The notes: generated by a model not told the origin, from the sequence alone. Positions 49,174 to 60,600 are shown, numbered from the stretch's first letter. The stretch is DNA of 64,000 bases from an uncultured Pelagibacteraceae bacterium (GCA_905612235.1 CAJQRF010000011.1:40835-104834); one strand, 5' to 3'. Translations and numbers: made by a program.

Positions 49174-49785
49174 CTAATCTTTATTAATATATCTTAAGTA
49201 GCGATTTTGAAAACTTAAATCATCCTTGAAGGCACCAAGAAAATAATTTGTTACAGTTGTTGCAGTTTCTTTTTTAATTCCTCTAGTGGTCATGCATTGA
49301 TGTGAAGCGTCTATTGTTACAGCAACTCCTCTTGGTTGTAAGACATCCATTATTGTTTTTGCTATTTGCATTGTTAAACGTTCTTGTGTTTGTAATCTTT
49401 TTGAAAAAACTTCAACTACTCTTGCTAGTTTACTTAAACCCACTACTTTATTGGATGGAATGTAAGCAACATGTGCTACACCCATAATTGGAGCCATATG
49501 ATGTTCACAGTGACTTTGTAAGCTAATGTTTTTTTCAATCACCATATCATCGTAACCATCAACTTCTGTAAAGGTTTTGGATAAATATTTATTAGGTTCC
49601 TCGGTGTAACCTTTAAAATATTCTTTATAAGCTTTTATTACTCTTTTTGGTGTTGAAAGGAGTCCTTCACGGTTAGGGTTCTCTCCTATCCATTCAATGA
49701 TTGTTTTAACAGCTGCTTCAGCTTGTTCATCAGAAACCTGTTGTTTTTTTCTTTCTACTTGTTTTGCGTCTTTTACTAATTTCAT
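49174..49785 (-). CDS. folE: GTP cyclohydrolase I
   Basis: CEHH, GLSKLAR, QTQERLT and HQCM motifs. Confidence 0.97.
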   Translation of the reverse strand: MKLVKDAKQVERKKQQVSDEQAEAAVKTIIEWIGENPNREGLLSTPKRVIKAYKEYFKGYTEEPNKYLSKTFTEVDGYDDMVIEKNISLQSHCEHHMAPIMGVAHVAYIPSNKVVGLSKLARVVEVFSKRLQTQERLTMQIAKTIMDVLQPRGVAVTIDASHQCMTTRGIKKETATTVTNYFLGAFKDDLSFQNRYLRYINKD

Positions 49786-49829
49786 AATATTAATTTTATA
49801 ATTATTTTAATATCTATATAATATAATTA

Positions 49830-50297
49830 ATGTTTAAAAAAAGAAATAATATAAAAGAAATTGAAGAAGGCAAGTATTTAGAACCAAAATTTGATAAAAA
49901 TGGCCTTATACCTGTTGTAGTTAGTGATTTTAGAAATGGTGACATCCTGATGCATGGGCACATGAATAGTTTAGCTCTTAAAAAAACTATAGAAACAAAA
50001 GAAGCTTATTATTGGAGTCGTTCACGAAAAAAAATATGGCACAAAGGTCAGATAAGTGGTTTTGTGCAAAAAGTGAAAGAAATGAAAATAGATGATGATC
50101 AAGACTCGGTTTGGATATCTGTTGATATTGGCAATGGTGCAAGCTGTCATGTGGGTTATCGTTCTTGTTTTTATCGATCTATACCGTTAGGGAAAATTAA
50201 AAATACAAAAAAAATAAAAATTAATTTTAAAGAAAAAAAAAAAGTTTTTAATCCTAGCAAAGTTTATAAAAATCAACCCAACCCAACAAAATTATAA
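49830..50297 (+). CDS. hisI: phosphoribosyl-AMP cyclohydrolase
   Basis: YWSRSR..WHKG, DDDQD and CHVGYRSCF motifs. Confidence 0.95.
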   Translation: MFKKRNNIKEIEEGKYLEPKFDKNGLIPVVVSDFRNGDILMHGHMNSLALKKTIETKEAYYWSRSRKKIWHKGQISGFVQKVKEMKIDDDQDSVWISVDIGNGASCHVGYRSCFYRSIPLGKIKNTKKIKINFKEKKKVFNPSKVYKNQPNPTKL

Positions 50298-50677
50298 TGA
50301 GTGAAAAAGATTTTCAAAAAAATGTATTAGGTGAAGAACTTGAAGATTGTTCATTAGATCCAGTTACTGGATGGCTTAGAGATGGCTGTTGTAATACAAA
50401 CGAAGAAGACCGTGGTTTTCATACGGTATGTGCTAAAGTTACAAATAAATTTTTAGAATGGTCTAAGGAAGCTGGAAATGATTTAATCACTCCTCACCAT
50501 GAATTTAATTTTCCTGGTTTAAAAGACGGTGATAGTTGGTGTGTTTGTGCAGCTACATACGCTCAATCAATAGAGGCGGGCACCGCATGTAAAATTTTTT
50601 TAAAAAAAACCAATTATAAAACTTTAGAAATTGTACCGCTGGAAAAACTCAAAAAATACGCAATAGACCTTTCGTAA
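50297..50677 (+). CDS. DUF2237 family protein
   Basis: NVLGEEL..CS.DPVTG..RDGCC, GNDLITP and WCVCA motifs. Confidence 0.88.
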   Translation: MSEKDFQKNVLGEELEDCSLDPVTGWLRDGCCNTNEEDRGFHTVCAKVTNKFLEWSKEAGNDLITPHHEFNFPGLKDGDSWCVCAATYAQSIEAGTACKIFLKKTNYKTLEIVPLEKLKKYAIDLS

Positions 50678-50682
50678 TCTTT

Positions 50683-52290
50683 TTACATATTTCCATACTT
50701 TGGACCGCCGCCGCCTTCTGGCGCTACCCAAATGATATTTTGAGATGGTTCTTTAATATCACATGTTTTACAGTGTATGCAATTCTGTGAATTAATTACA
50801 AATTTTTCTTGTTGCACTTCGTAAACCCCTACAGGACAGTATCGTTGAGCAGGTTCATCATATTTTTTTAATGTATAGTTGATTGGTAAATTAGGATCTT
50901 TTAATTTTAGATGCACAGGTTGGTTTTCAGTATGGTTGGTACCAGTTAAATAAACTGAACTTGTTTTATCAAATGTTAATTTTCCATCAGGTTTTGGATA
51001 TTCTATTTTTTTAGTTTCGTTAGCTAGTTCTAAAGATTTGTGATCAGCATGTTTATGTTTTAGAGTAAAAGGCAATTTTCCTCTAAATAATATTTGATCT
51101 ACCCCTGTAAAAATAATTCCTAAAATTAAACCCCAGCTAAAACTTGGTTTAACATTTCTTACCGCATAAAGCTCTTTGTAAGCCCAGCACTTTCGAAATT
51201 TTTTTTCATAGATTGATAAATCTGTTTTATTTTTTATATTTTCAACAATAGTTTCTGCTGCAACAATTCCACTCTTCATTGCTGTATGAGAGCCTTTAAT
51301 TTTTGTCATATTTAAGGTCCCTGCATCACAACCAATTAATAAACCACCGGGCATATACATTTTTGGTAAACTTTGGATACCACCTTCAATTAAAGCTCTT
51401 GCTCCAAATGCAATTCTTTTTCCTCCCTCTAGTATTTTTCTAATATCTTTATGAGTTTTAAATCTCTGAAATTCATCAAAAGGTGATAAATATGGATTTT
51501 TGTAATCTAAACCAATTACATAACCAATATAAATTTGTTTTTTTTCTGCATGATAAACAAAACTACCTCCATAAGTTTTGTTATCAAGTGGCCACCCAGT
51601 TGTATGCATAACCAAACCTTCTTCGTGTTGTTTTTCGTTAACTTCCCATATCTCTTTAAAACCAATTCCATATTGTTGTGGGTTTTTGCCATTATCAAGA
51701 TTGTATTTTTTAATAATTTCTTTTCCCAAATGGCCTCTACAGCCTTCTGCAAAAACGGTAACTTTAGCATGCAATTCCATGCCTTCTTGATATGTATCCT
51801 TTTTATGACCATTTTTATCTAAACCCATATCTAATGTGGCTACACCTTTTATTGATCCATTTTCATTATATAAAACTTCACTAGCTGGAAATCCTGGAAA
51901 TATTTCAACACCAAGTTTTTCTGCTTGTTCAGCTAACCAACGGCACAAATTAGCAAGGCTAATAATATAATTTTTATGATTTTTTTGAACAGGAGGCAAA
52001 AGCCATGTGGGCCAGCTAAAAGATTTACTTTTTCCTAAAAATAAGAATTTTTCTTTAGAAACTTTTGTTTTGACAGGAGCTCCTTCTTCTTGCCATTTAG
52101 GTAATAATTCATCAAGTGCTTTGGTTTCAAAAACGTTTCCACTTAATATATGAGCACCAACTTCTGATCCTTTTTCTAAAATACAAACACTGATATTTGG
52201 ATCAATTTGTTTTAATTTAATTGCAGTAGATAGGCCAGCTGGTCCTGCGCCAACAATTACTACGTCGTATTCCATTGCTTCTCTAGACAT
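50683..52290 (-). CDS. electron transfer flavoprotein-ubiquinone oxidoreductase
   Basis: GAGPAGL, GAHILSG, KIKGSHTAM and CIHCKTCDIK 4Fe-4S motif. Confidence 0.96.
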   Translation of the reverse strand: MSREAMEYDVVIVGAGPAGLSTAIKLKQIDPNISVCILEKGSEVGAHILSGNVFETKALDELLPKWQEEGAPVKTKVSKEKFLFLGKSKSFSWPTWLLPPVQKNHKNYIISLANLCRWLAEQAEKLGVEIFPGFPASEVLYNENGSIKGVATLDMGLDKNGHKKDTYQEGMELHAKVTVFAEGCRGHLGKEIIKKYNLDNGKNPQQYGIGFKEIWEVNEKQHEEGLVMHTTGWPLDNKTYGGSFVYHAEKKQIYIGYVIGLDYKNPYLSPFDEFQRFKTHKDIRKILEGGKRIAFGARALIEGGIQSLPKMYMPGGLLIGCDAGTLNMTKIKGSHTAMKSGIVAAETIVENIKNKTDLSIYEKKFRKCWAYKELYAVRNVKPSFSWGLILGIIFTGVDQILFRGKLPFTLKHKHADHKSLELANETKKIEYPKPDGKLTFDKTSSVYLTGTNHTENQPVHLKLKDPNLPINYTLKKYDEPAQRYCPVGVYEVQQEKFVINSQNCIHCKTCDIKEPSQNIIWVAPEGGGGPKYGNM

Positions 52291-52311
52291 GAAATGACTA
52301 TATCAAAATTT

Positions 52312-53265
52312 TTATTTTTGGATAGTGTTGAGTTTGTTTAACTCTTCTAAAAATTGTGGCAAAGCTTCAAATAAATCTGCCTCAAGACCATAGTCAGCAA
52401 TGCTAAAAATTGGAGCTTCTCCATCCTTATTTATTGCTACAATCACTTTGCTTTCCTTCATGCCAGCTAAGTGTTGAATTGCCCCTGAAATTCCTACAGC
52501 AATATATAAATCTGGAACAACAACCTTGCCAGTTTGTCCCACTTGATGATCATTGCCAATATAACCAGCATCTACAGCTGCTCTGGATGCTCCTACTGCA
52601 GCGTTTAATTTGTCAGCAATAGAATTAATAAGTTTAAAATTTTCTCCACTTTGCATGCCACGGCCACCTGATATTACTATTCTAGCCGTTCCTAACTCAG
52701 GTCTTTCAGATTTTGTTTCTTCTCTTTTGATAAATTTTGATACATTTTTGATATCAGCAGGTTCTATTTTTTCTATGGATGCCGATCCACCTGATTTTGG
52801 TGCAGGCTCAAATGAAGTTGGTCTTATTGTTATACATTTTTTTTTATCACTACTTTTTACCGTTGCAAATGCATTGCCAGCATAAATTGGTCTTAAAAAT
52901 TCTTCTGAATTATTTATTTTAATTACATCACTTATTTGCGAGCTATCCAGTAACGCAGAAACTCTTGGCATAAAGTTTTTTCCAAAAGTATTAGCAGATG
53001 CAATTATATGTGTATAAGACTCTGAAACTTTAATTATTAAAGGAGTTAAATTTTCTGCTAAAAAATTTTCATAATTTGGTGAATCGCAGTAAATAACTTT
53101 TTTTACTAACGGAATTGCCGCAACTTCTTTTGCTACGCTATCGCATTTATTTCCAGCAACTAAAACATGTGTTTCTTTATCAATTTTAGATGCTGCTGTA
53201 ATTGCATTTAAAGTAAAGACCTTTAAATTTGAATTATCATGTTCAGCAATTAGTAAAATTGACAT
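52312..53265 (-). CDS. etfA: electron transfer flavoprotein alpha
   Basis: RPIYAGN, SRAAVDAG, QVGQTGK and GISGAIQH motifs. Confidence 0.97.
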   Translation of the reverse strand: MSILLIAEHDNSNLKVFTLNAITAASKIDKETHVLVAGNKCDSVAKEVAAIPLVKKVIYCDSPNYENFLAENLTPLIIKVSESYTHIIASANTFGKNFMPRVSALLDSSQISDVIKINNSEEFLRPIYAGNAFATVKSSDKKKCITIRPTSFEPAPKSGGSASIEKIEPADIKNVSKFIKREETKSERPELGTARIVISGGRGMQSGENFKLINSIADKLNAAVGASRAAVDAGYIGNDHQVGQTGKVVVPDLYIAVGISGAIQHLAGMKESKVIVAINKDGEAPIFSIADYGLEADLFEALPQFLEELNKLNTIQK

Positions 53266-54014
53266 TATATAACTTTAGCCTCGTTTTTAAGTTTACTAAT
53301 TAATTCAGCAACATTAGCTACTTTTATTCCACTTTTTCTTTTTGGTGGTTCTTCAACTTTGATTTGCTGAATCCTGTTTGTAATATCTACACCAAGATCT
53401 TTAGCATTTAATTGTTCAATTGGCTTTTTCTTCGCTTTCATTATATTGGGTAGAGAAGCAAACCTTGGTTCATTAAGTCTTAAATCGCACGTTATAATTG
53501 CTGGTAGATTAATTTGTATAGTTTCCAAACCTTCATCAACTTCTCTCGTTACTTCAATAACTTTATCTTTATGTTCAATTTTTGATGCAAAAGTTCCTTG
53601 GGGCCAATCCAGCATAGCAGCTAGCATTTGTCCTGTTTGATTACAATCGTCATCAATAGCTTGCTTTCCTAAAAAAACAAGATCAGGTTTTTCTTTTTCA
53701 ACAATTTTTTTTAAAACTTTTGCTATACCTAGAGGTTCTATATAATTATCTGATTTGACATGTATACCTCTGTCCGCTCCGACTGCTAGAGCTTTTCGCA
53801 CTGTTTCTTGAGCTTTTTCTTCCCCAATTGTAACAGCAATAATTTCTTTTGCTTTACCAGATTCTTTTAACCTTACAGCTTCTTCAATAGCATTATCATC
53901 TGGAGGATTTGTTGACATTTTGACATTATCTTTATTAACACCACTGCCATCTTCTTTAACTCTAATTTGCACATTGTAATCAATAACCCTTTTAACAGCG
54001 ACTAAAATTTTCAT
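53265..54014 (-). CDS. etfB: electron transfer flavoprotein beta
   Basis: [14 protein letters not shown] and LNEPRFASL motifs. Confidence 0.97.
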   Translation of the reverse strand: MKILVAVKRVIDYNVQIRVKEDGSGVNKDNVKMSTNPPDDNAIEEAVRLKESGKAKEIIAVTIGEEKAQETVRKALAVGADRGIHVKSDNYIEPLGIAKVLKKIVEKEKPDLVFLGKQAIDDDCNQTGQMLAAMLDWPQGTFASKIEHKDKVIEVTREVDEGLETIQINLPAIITCDLRLNEPRFASLPNIMKAKKKPIEQLNAKDLGVDITNRIQQIKVEEPPKRKSGIKVANVAELISKLKNEAKVI

Positions 54015-56446
54015 TATCCTCTTAAAAGTTTATTTTCTGAATCATAAGGACTCTCTTCTAAAATGGTAGCATCATACATTTTTCCAAGAATATCAATTTT
54101 CAATTTTTGTCCTGTTGTCGCAATCTCTGGTTTAACCATTCCTAAAGCTATCGATTTACCCAATCTAAAACCAAAATCTCCTCCAGTTGCTCGACCAACA
54201 ACTTTCCCTTTATCATAAATAGGGTTATTTCCTAATACGTCTGCATCTTCAACATTATGAATTTCTAAAGTTACTAATTTATTATTAAAACCTTTTTCTC
54301 TCCATTTATTTAAAGCTTCTAATCCAATAAAATTTCCTTTATTTGGGTGGACAAACCTATCCAATCCAGATTCATAAGGTGAATATTCAATTGATAATTC
54401 AGTTCCTACCAATTTATATGATTTTTCAAGCCTTAAACTGTTCATGGCTCTAATGCCATAAGGTTTAAGTCCTAAGTCTTTTCCAGCTTCCATTAATTTA
54501 TCAAAAATGTGGTTTTGGTACTCGATTGGATGATGCAGCTCCCAACCTAGTTCTCCAACAAAATTTACTCTCATAGCATTAACTGGTGCGTTTCCAACAT
54601 TTACATTTTTTGCACTTAACCATTTAAAATTATCGTTGGAAAAATCATCTTTTGAGACTCTTTTCATTAAATCTCTGGCTTTAGGACCTGACACAACCAA
54701 AACTCCTAAACTATTAGTTAAGTTTTCAAATTGAACGCTTCCATCTTTTGGCATCCATTTATTAATCCAATCATGATCTAATCTTTGATTGGCACCTGCA
54801 GAAACTAAATAAAAACTATCTTCGCTTTCCCTCATGATTGTAAATTCAGAGTGAACTCCTCCTTTTGTATTTAGTGCATGACACAAACCAATTCTTCCTA
54901 TTTTTTTAGGAAGTTTATTAGCTACTAAATAATCTAAAAAATTTTCTGCTCCTGGTCCTTTTATTCTGCATTTTGCAAATGCTGTCATATCTAGTAACCC
55001 AACATTTTCTCTAACATTTTTGCACTCTTTTTCTATCGCTTTAAACCATTTAGATCTTCGAAAAGACCAATCATCTTTCTGCCCCATCCCATCCACTGCA
55101 AAAAAGTTTGGTCTTTCCCAACCAAATTTTTGACCAAAAACTGCACCTAGATTTTTCATTCTGTCATAACAAGGTGATGTTCTTAATTCTCTAGCAGCGC
55201 CTCTTTCTTCATCTGGGTAATGAACTTTAAATACATGATTATATGCTTCTTCATTTTTTTCTTTAAGATATGATTTGGTTGCATAATCACCATATCGTCT
55301 TGGTTCAACACCAAGCATATCTACTGTTGGTTCACCATCTACTATCCATTCAGCAAGTTGCCAGCCAGCTCCTCCTGCTGCTGTAATACCAAAACTATGT
55401 CCTTCATTAATCCAAAAATTTTTTAAACCCCACGCAGGACCAACGATTGGATTTCCGTCTGGCGTATAACAAATAGCACCATTGTAAACTTTTTTAACTC
55501 CAACTTCACCAAAAGCTGGAACACGATGAATTGCACCTTCTATATGTGGAGCAAGTCTATCTAAATCTTCTTGAAATAATTCATATTCTGAATCTTTTGA
55601 AGGTCCATCAACATAACAACATGGAGCTCCATCTTCGTAAGGTCCTAATAGTAATCCTCCCGCTTCTTCTCTCATATACCACCTGCTATCACTATCTCTT
55701 AGCACTCCCATTTCCGGTAGGCCGTCTTTTTTCCTTTTTTGAATTTCAGGATGCGCTTCAGTAACTATATATTGATGCTCTACTGGAATCGCAGGAATAT
55801 TAAGGCCAACCATTTCACCAGTTTGTCTAGCAAAATTTCCTGTGCATGAAACAACATGTTCACATTCTATTGTTCCTTTGTCAGTTTCTACCACCCAGCC
55901 ATTTTTTGTTTGTTTAATTCCAGTTACTACTGTGTTTCTATAAATTTCTGCTCCTCTATTCCTAGCACCCGTAGCTAAAGCTTGAGTTAGATCTGCTGGC
56001 TGAATATAACCATCCTCTGGATGTTGAATCGCACCAACTAAATCTTTAACATTACATAAAGGCCAAATATCTTTTACTTGTTGTGGTGTTAAAAACTTCA
56101 CATCAACACCAATGGTTTGAGCAACACCTGCGTACTGGTGATATTCATCCATTCTATCTTTTGTGCTAGCTAAACGAATATTTGATACAACGCTAAATCC
56201 TACATTTTTACCAGTCTCTTTTTCTAAAGTTTTATAAAAATCAACAGCATACTTATGAAGTTGTCCTACGGAATAACTCATATTAAATAGAGGTAATAGA
56301 CCAGCTGCATGCCAAGTCGAGCCTGATGTTAATTCTTTTCTTTCAACGCAAACGACATCAGACCATCCTTTTTTCGCTAAATGGTAGAGCATACTAACTC
56401 CAACAACCCCTCCCCCGATTACGACTACTTTGGCTTTTGATTTCAT
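54014..56446 (-). CDS. dimethylglycine dehydrogenase-like flavoprotein (DAO + GcvT domains)
   Basis: [14 protein letters not shown] (covalent FAD His) and a C-terminal GcvT domain with GELGWE and SLRLEK; first gene of the etfBA/ETF-QO operon. Confidence 0.88.
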   Translation of the reverse strand: MKSKAKVVVIGGGVVGVSMLYHLAKKGWSDVVCVERKELTSGSTWHAAGLLPLFNMSYSVGQLHKYAVDFYKTLEKETGKNVGFSVVSNIRLASTKDRMDEYHQYAGVAQTIGVDVKFLTPQQVKDIWPLCNVKDLVGAIQHPEDGYIQPADLTQALATGARNRGAEIYRNTVVTGIKQTKNGWVVETDKGTIECEHVVSCTGNFARQTGEMVGLNIPAIPVEHQYIVTEAHPEIQKRKKDGLPEMGVLRDSDSRWYMREEAGGLLLGPYEDGAPCCYVDGPSKDSEYELFQEDLDRLAPHIEGAIHRVPAFGEVGVKKVYNGAICYTPDGNPIVGPAWGLKNFWINEGHSFGITAAGGAGWQLAEWIVDGEPTVDMLGVEPRRYGDYATKSYLKEKNEEAYNHVFKVHYPDEERGAARELRTSPCYDRMKNLGAVFGQKFGWERPNFFAVDGMGQKDDWSFRRSKWFKAIEKECKNVRENVGLLDMTAFAKCRIKGPGAENFLDYLVANKLPKKIGRIGLCHALNTKGGVHSEFTIMRESEDSFYLVSAGANQRLDHDWINKWMPKDGSVQFENLTNSLGVLVVSGPKARDLMKRVSKDDFSNDNFKWLSAKNVNVGNAPVNAMRVNFVGELGWELHHPIEYQNHIFDKLMEAGKDLGLKPYGIRAMNSLRLEKSYKLVGTELSIEYSPYESGLDRFVHPNKGNFIGLEALNKWREKGFNNKLVTLEIHNVEDADVLGNNPIYDKGKVVGRATGGDFGFRLGKSIALGMVKPEIATTGQKLKIDILGKMYDATILEESPYDSENKLLRG

Positions 56447-56511
56447 AAAATAAATATGGTTAAATTTATGTAATTACTAAATGGAAGGATATAATACGTC
56501 AACAAAATTAA

Positions 56512-57093
56512 ATGACTAAAAAGATTATACTTTTGCTTGCTATAGCCGGTCCTTTTGTAGCGTATTTTTTATATACGCGACTCATGAGGTTTGATAAAAA
56601 AAAATACCCTATAAAAATACTTTCTCTAATTAGTGTTGTTCTGATTGTTGCTAGCTTAGGATCTTTAAGACTTTATGACAATTATTCACCTTCCTTAACT
56701 AAACCAAATATATCTTTAAAACCAATTGATGTTATATCAATTCAGTTAAATTCTCTTCAAAGGAATAATATTCCATTTAAAGATGCAGGCATTGAACAAA
56801 TTTGGGAATTTGCGCACCCAAATAATAAAAAAATAACAGGTCCTTTAAAAAAATTTAAAAAAATGATTTACAGTGAAAGTTATAAAATGTTAATTGGACA
56901 TGAAAATAGTGATATCACTATTTTGAGCGAGGATTCAAACAAATCAATCTATAAAGTTTTTATATTATCTAGTGATAAAAAAAAATACTCTTATATTTGG
57001 AAAATTGAAAAAGTCAATCAAGAAGGAAATTTAAAAAATTGCTGGATGACTATCAGTGTATCTATCCCTGAATACTTGGGTGAGATTATATGA
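56512..57093 (+). CDS. hypothetical membrane-anchored protein (DUF4864-like domain)
   Basis: Two N-terminal TM helices followed by QLNSLQ, FAHPNNK and CWMT. Confidence 0.6.
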   Translation: MTKKIILLLAIAGPFVAYFLYTRLMRFDKKKYPIKILSLISVVLIVASLGSLRLYDNYSPSLTKPNISLKPIDVISIQLNSLQRNNIPFKDAGIEQIWEFAHPNNKKITGPLKKFKKMIYSESYKMLIGHENSDITILSEDSNKSIYKVFILSSDKKKYSYIWKIEKVNQEGNLKNCWMTISVSIPEYLGEII

Positions 57094-57242
57094 GCAACGA
57101 AATTAAATATAGTAAAAATGAGTTAGATGACATCTGTGAAGAATGTAAAAAAGAGAAAAAAAGTGTTTCTCAAAATTTAATTATGTATGGTTATAAAATC
57201 TGTGAGTCTTGTCGATTATCAAAAACTATTTTCCCAATTTAG
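57090..57242 (+). CDS. 50-aa CxxC...CxxC zinc-binding microprotein
   Basis: MSNEIKYSKNELDDICEECKKEKKSVSQNLIMYGYKICESCRLSKTIFPI*; ATGA overlap with the upstream gene. Confidence 0.7.
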   Translation: MSNEIKYSKNELDDICEECKKEKKSVSQNLIMYGYKICESCRLSKTIFPI

Positions 57243-57760
57243 CTTTGTCCAAAAAATTTTAATATTATGGCTAGAACAATAGCTTGAACTAAAAAGCCTA
57301 TAACAACAACACCAATAGCTCTCCAAGTACTTTCGTAGTCTAGTGCTTGCCTTACGGCAATAACCATAGCAACTAGCATCCATATGCCAGATCCAATAAA
57401 TGTTATGCTCATTAATTCTGGGGTAAATCCAAATATTCGAATTAAACCTGGTGCGCTTGAAAATCCGATTGTTCTCAAAAGTTGACCATGATCTGCTTCA
57501 GTTTTTGACTCAGGGAAAAGTTTTGTTCCAATAAAGTATATTAAATATGCCCAAAGGTACCAACTAACCAGCGATAATAATGGTGCCAATAAAAAATTTG
57601 AAGCTCCAAGTGATATTGCTCCAATGCCTGCTGCAATACTTGAAAGAACAACTACTAACGCAGCTTGAAGAGTGGCTGATTTGTCAGCCTCAACTTCTTC
57701 ATATAAACTAACATCAAGCTTGCATGCTCTTATTATTCTATTAATAAATACTGAATTCAT
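57239..57760 (-). CDS. Yip1 family membrane protein
   Basis: YEEVEAD, LLRTIGFSSAPG and AVRQALD; start set at MNSVF. Confidence 0.75.
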   Translation of the reverse strand: MNSVFINRIIRACKLDVSLYEEVEADKSATLQAALVVVLSSIAAGIGAISLGASNFLLAPLLSLVSWYLWAYLIYFIGTKLFPESKTEADHGQLLRTIGFSSAPGLIRIFGFTPELMSITFIGSGIWMLVAMVIAVRQALDYESTWRAIGVVVIGFLVQAIVLAIILKFFGQS

Positions 57761-57808
57761 TTTTTCTCTATACCATATTGTTGCCATTAAAATATATGAA
57801 ATAACACT

Positions 57809-58435
57809 ATGTCAGCAGTTTTTTTAAATTCCTTTATTTTGTTCTTTATTACTATTGATACCATAGGAAACTTGCCTTTTTTTATTAGTTTAACAGAAGG
57901 GGCTCCAATTAAGAAAAAAAATCAGATAGCTGTAAAAAGTATAATTATAGCATTTTTTATAACAATCTTATTTGCTTATCTTGGTAAATATTTACTTGAT
58001 GCAATCGGTGTTTCTTTAGATTCATTAAAAATTGCTGGTGGTGTTATTCTTATGTTTATAGCAATAGATATACTATTTGAGAAAAGAAAAATAAGACGAG
58101 AAAAAAAAGTAGAAGCAGCTCTTGATGAAAAAAACTTTGATGAAGTTATTGTATTCCCAATAGCAATACCCTTTATTGCAGGACCTTCTACATTAGCAAC
58201 AATTATACTATTGATGGGTAATTACTCTGATTCAATTGAATCACAGATGGTTGTTATTTTTGCATTAATAGTTGCATTAATTGTAAGTTTGTTTTTAATG
58301 ATTGGAACAAATTTTACAACAAAATATATTCCCCAACAAATTCTACATGCTACATCTAGAGTATTTGCTTTTATTCTAGCTGCGTTAGCAACACAATTTA
58401 TAATCGACGGTATTAAAGCAAGTTTTAATATTTAA
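57809..58435 (+). CDS. MarC family membrane protein
   Basis: GNLPFF, IAGGVILM, FPIAIPFIAGP and QFIIDGI motifs. Confidence 0.92.
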   Translation: MSAVFLNSFILFFITIDTIGNLPFFISLTEGAPIKKKNQIAVKSIIIAFFITILFAYLGKYLLDAIGVSLDSLKIAGGVILMFIAIDILFEKRKIRREKKVEAALDEKNFDEVIVFPIAIPFIAGPSTLATIILLMGNYSDSIESQMVVIFALIVALIVSLFLMIGTNFTTKYIPQQILHATSRVFAFILAALATQFIIDGIKASFNI

Positions 58436-58439
58436 TTGC

Positions 58440-59879
58440 TTATTTTACCTCACGAGTATTTGCGTTAAATGATTCTGTAAACGGAATTGGCACTACTACA
58501 GCGTCAACTGGTTTACTAGAATACTTTGCTGGCAAGTGAACTTTATATTTCTTTCCAAAATTGGCAATTGGGAAACCTTTAGCGTTCTTGTGTCCTTCAT
58601 ACGGAACATATCCCATTGCAATATTTTTACCTTTTTCTGGGTGATACCAAGGAGAGGTAATATAACCAACCGGTTTACCTCCTTCGGCATCTGATATTAA
58701 CCAGAAGTCTGGAGCATATTCTTCAATTGGTTTTCCACCTAATTCCATACCGACAAGTTGAAGTTTGTAAGGTTTGTCTCCATTAGAAATTTGGCTTTTC
58801 ATTTTTTCTAAAGCCTCTTTCCCAATATAATCAGCTGATTTGTTCCATTCACCTTTTCCAGATAAGGAAACTTGATATCCTAAGTTACACTGAAAAGGAT
58901 TATGTTCATTATCCATATCTTGACCCCAAGATAATATTCCAGCTTGAATTCTTCTATGGTGAGCAGGAGCAATAACCATTAATTTATGTTTCTTTCCAGC
59001 TTTAAGAACTGCATTCCACATATCTTCAGCATATAAAGTTGCATCACGAAGATAAATTTCATAACCAGCTTCACCTGAGAAACCAGATTGTGAAATTACA
59101 CAACTTCTTCCTCCAACTTTAGCTTCGGCTAAACCATAAAATGGCATGTTGTCTAAATCAACTTGATCTCCAATTAAATCTTTCATTAAAGCTTTTGATT
59201 TAGGGCCTTGAATTTGAACTGGACAAGAATCAATTTCATCAATTTCGACATTGAATCTTTTATCTGCATTCACTCCTTGCAAATATAAGCCTATACCTGA
59301 ATCTGATAAACTAAACCAAAATTCATCTTCTGCTACTCTTAACAAAACAGGATCGTTTAATACTCCACCGTTGTAGTTACAAAGAATAACATAACGTGCT
59401 CTCATTGTTGAAATTTTAGTAGCATCACGTGTTATTACATAATCTGTAAATTTTTCAGCATCAGGTCCTTTAACACGTATTTGTCTTTCAACAGCAACGT
59501 TCCACATTGTTACGTGTTTTTTAATTGCTTCATATTCAACCATAGCTCCACCTTTTTCAGGTCTCACATAACCTCGAGGATGGTAAATACGGTTATAAAT
59601 TGTAGCTCTCCAACATCCTGCTTTCATTGATAAATGCCAATAAGGGGATTTTCTTACTCTTGTTGAAATTAACATTTCAACTTTAGTAGAACCACTTTGT
59701 CTTAAATTGTAAGGAACGCGTCTATCTGATTGATCTACAGATGTTTCGTGTCTAACTTTACTGTAATCAACTTTTTCAGGTTTAAAAGAAACTGATTTAG
59801 TTTTTTTTACTTTTTTAACTTTTTTAACTTTAATTTTTTTAGATTTACTTTTTTTAGATTTTTTCTTTTTTTTAGGCAT
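58440..59879 (-). CDS. GcvT-family folate-dependent aminomethyl/demethyl transferase with a Lys-rich N-terminal tail
   Basis: WNVAVERQ, GGVLNDP, QIQGP, SGFSGEAGYE and RRIQAG; start set at MPKKKKK after a GGAG RBS. Confidence 0.85.
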   Translation of the reverse strand: MPKKKKKSKKSKSKKIKVKKVKKVKKTKSVSFKPEKVDYSKVRHETSVDQSDRRVPYNLRQSGSTKVEMLISTRVRKSPYWHLSMKAGCWRATIYNRIYHPRGYVRPEKGGAMVEYEAIKKHVTMWNVAVERQIRVKGPDAEKFTDYVITRDATKISTMRARYVILCNYNGGVLNDPVLLRVAEDEFWFSLSDSGIGLYLQGVNADKRFNVEIDEIDSCPVQIQGPKSKALMKDLIGDQVDLDNMPFYGLAEAKVGGRSCVISQSGFSGEAGYEIYLRDATLYAEDMWNAVLKAGKKHKLMVIAPAHHRRIQAGILSWGQDMDNEHNPFQCNLGYQVSLSGKGEWNKSADYIGKEALEKMKSQISNGDKPYKLQLVGMELGGKPIEEYAPDFWLISDAEGGKPVGYITSPWYHPEKGKNIAMGYVPYEGHKNAKGFPIANFGKKYKVHLPAKYSSKPVDAVVVPIPFTESFNANTREVK

Positions 59880-60600
59880 AGTTGTTCTCCGATAACCATT
59901 TGTTTGTTTCATTAAGACCACCAAATGTATAGATATGAAAATTTTGTGTAACGCTTTTAATTTCTTCAATCATATCATCTGGTTTTCTTGGTTTAAATAA
60001 ATCAATTGCTTTACTTGCATTTGATTTTAAAAAGTTAAGAGAATTTTTTGCTCCAACAATACTGGCAAACTTAAGTAAGCTCGTAATTTTGGCTGGCCCA
60101 GCTATCCCTATATGTACTGGTAAAGTTTGTTTAGAAACAAAGTCTATTATTGGAGAAGTTTCCATTAACCACTGAGTAACTATATAATCTGCGTATGGTT
60201 TCTTATCTATCATAGCTTTTTCTAAATCTGTGTCGGATATATCAGGGGAACCCTCCGGATGTCCAGCGATTCCTATCTTAAAATCTTCAAATAATCCTGT
60301 CTCAAATAGTTGTAGCGAACTGTGAAAATCTCCAACAGGTTGAGCTCCACCCCCTATTACAAGGGCTTGTTTTACGCCAAAATCTTTACACATATTAACG
60401 TAGTCTTTGAGTTCATTTTCATTTTTTATTGATCTAGCTGGAAAATGTGGAACAGGGTTTTTACCAAGCTTTACAAGTTCTTTAGCTTTATTAGCTACAT
60501 CTTTGTATTGATCTCCACTTAAAAGAGTGATGTAAACATCTTTAATATTGGGCAAAGTATTAAGATCAGTCTTAAGTCCTATCTCTAAAGAAAAATTCAT
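59872..60600 (-). CDS. metF: short methylenetetrahydrofolate reductase-like protein
   Basis: PVPHFPAR, AGHPEG, IVTQW and HIYTFGG motifs. Confidence 0.75.
   Translation of the reverse strand: MNFSLEIGLKTDLNTLPNIKDVYITLLSGDQYKDVANKAKELVKLGKNPVPHFPARSIKNENELKDYVNMCKDFGVKQALVIGGGAQPVGDFHSSLQLFETGLFEDFKIGIAGHPEGSPDISDTDLEKAMIDKKPYADYIVTQWLMETSPIIDFVSKQTLPVHIGIAGPAKITSLLKFASIVGAKNSLNFLKSNASKAIDLFKPRKPDDMIEEIKSVTQNFHIYTFGGLNETNKWLSENNYA

Noticed and set aside
58440..59879. DMSP demethylase DmdA or true gcvT
   Set aside because: Longer protein with a different N-terminus than DmdA as I recall it, and no gcvH/gcvP nearby; left as GcvT-family.
59880..59969. N-terminal extension of the GcvT-like ORF
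   Set aside because: Lies inside the metF-like gene; the RBS supports ATG 59879.
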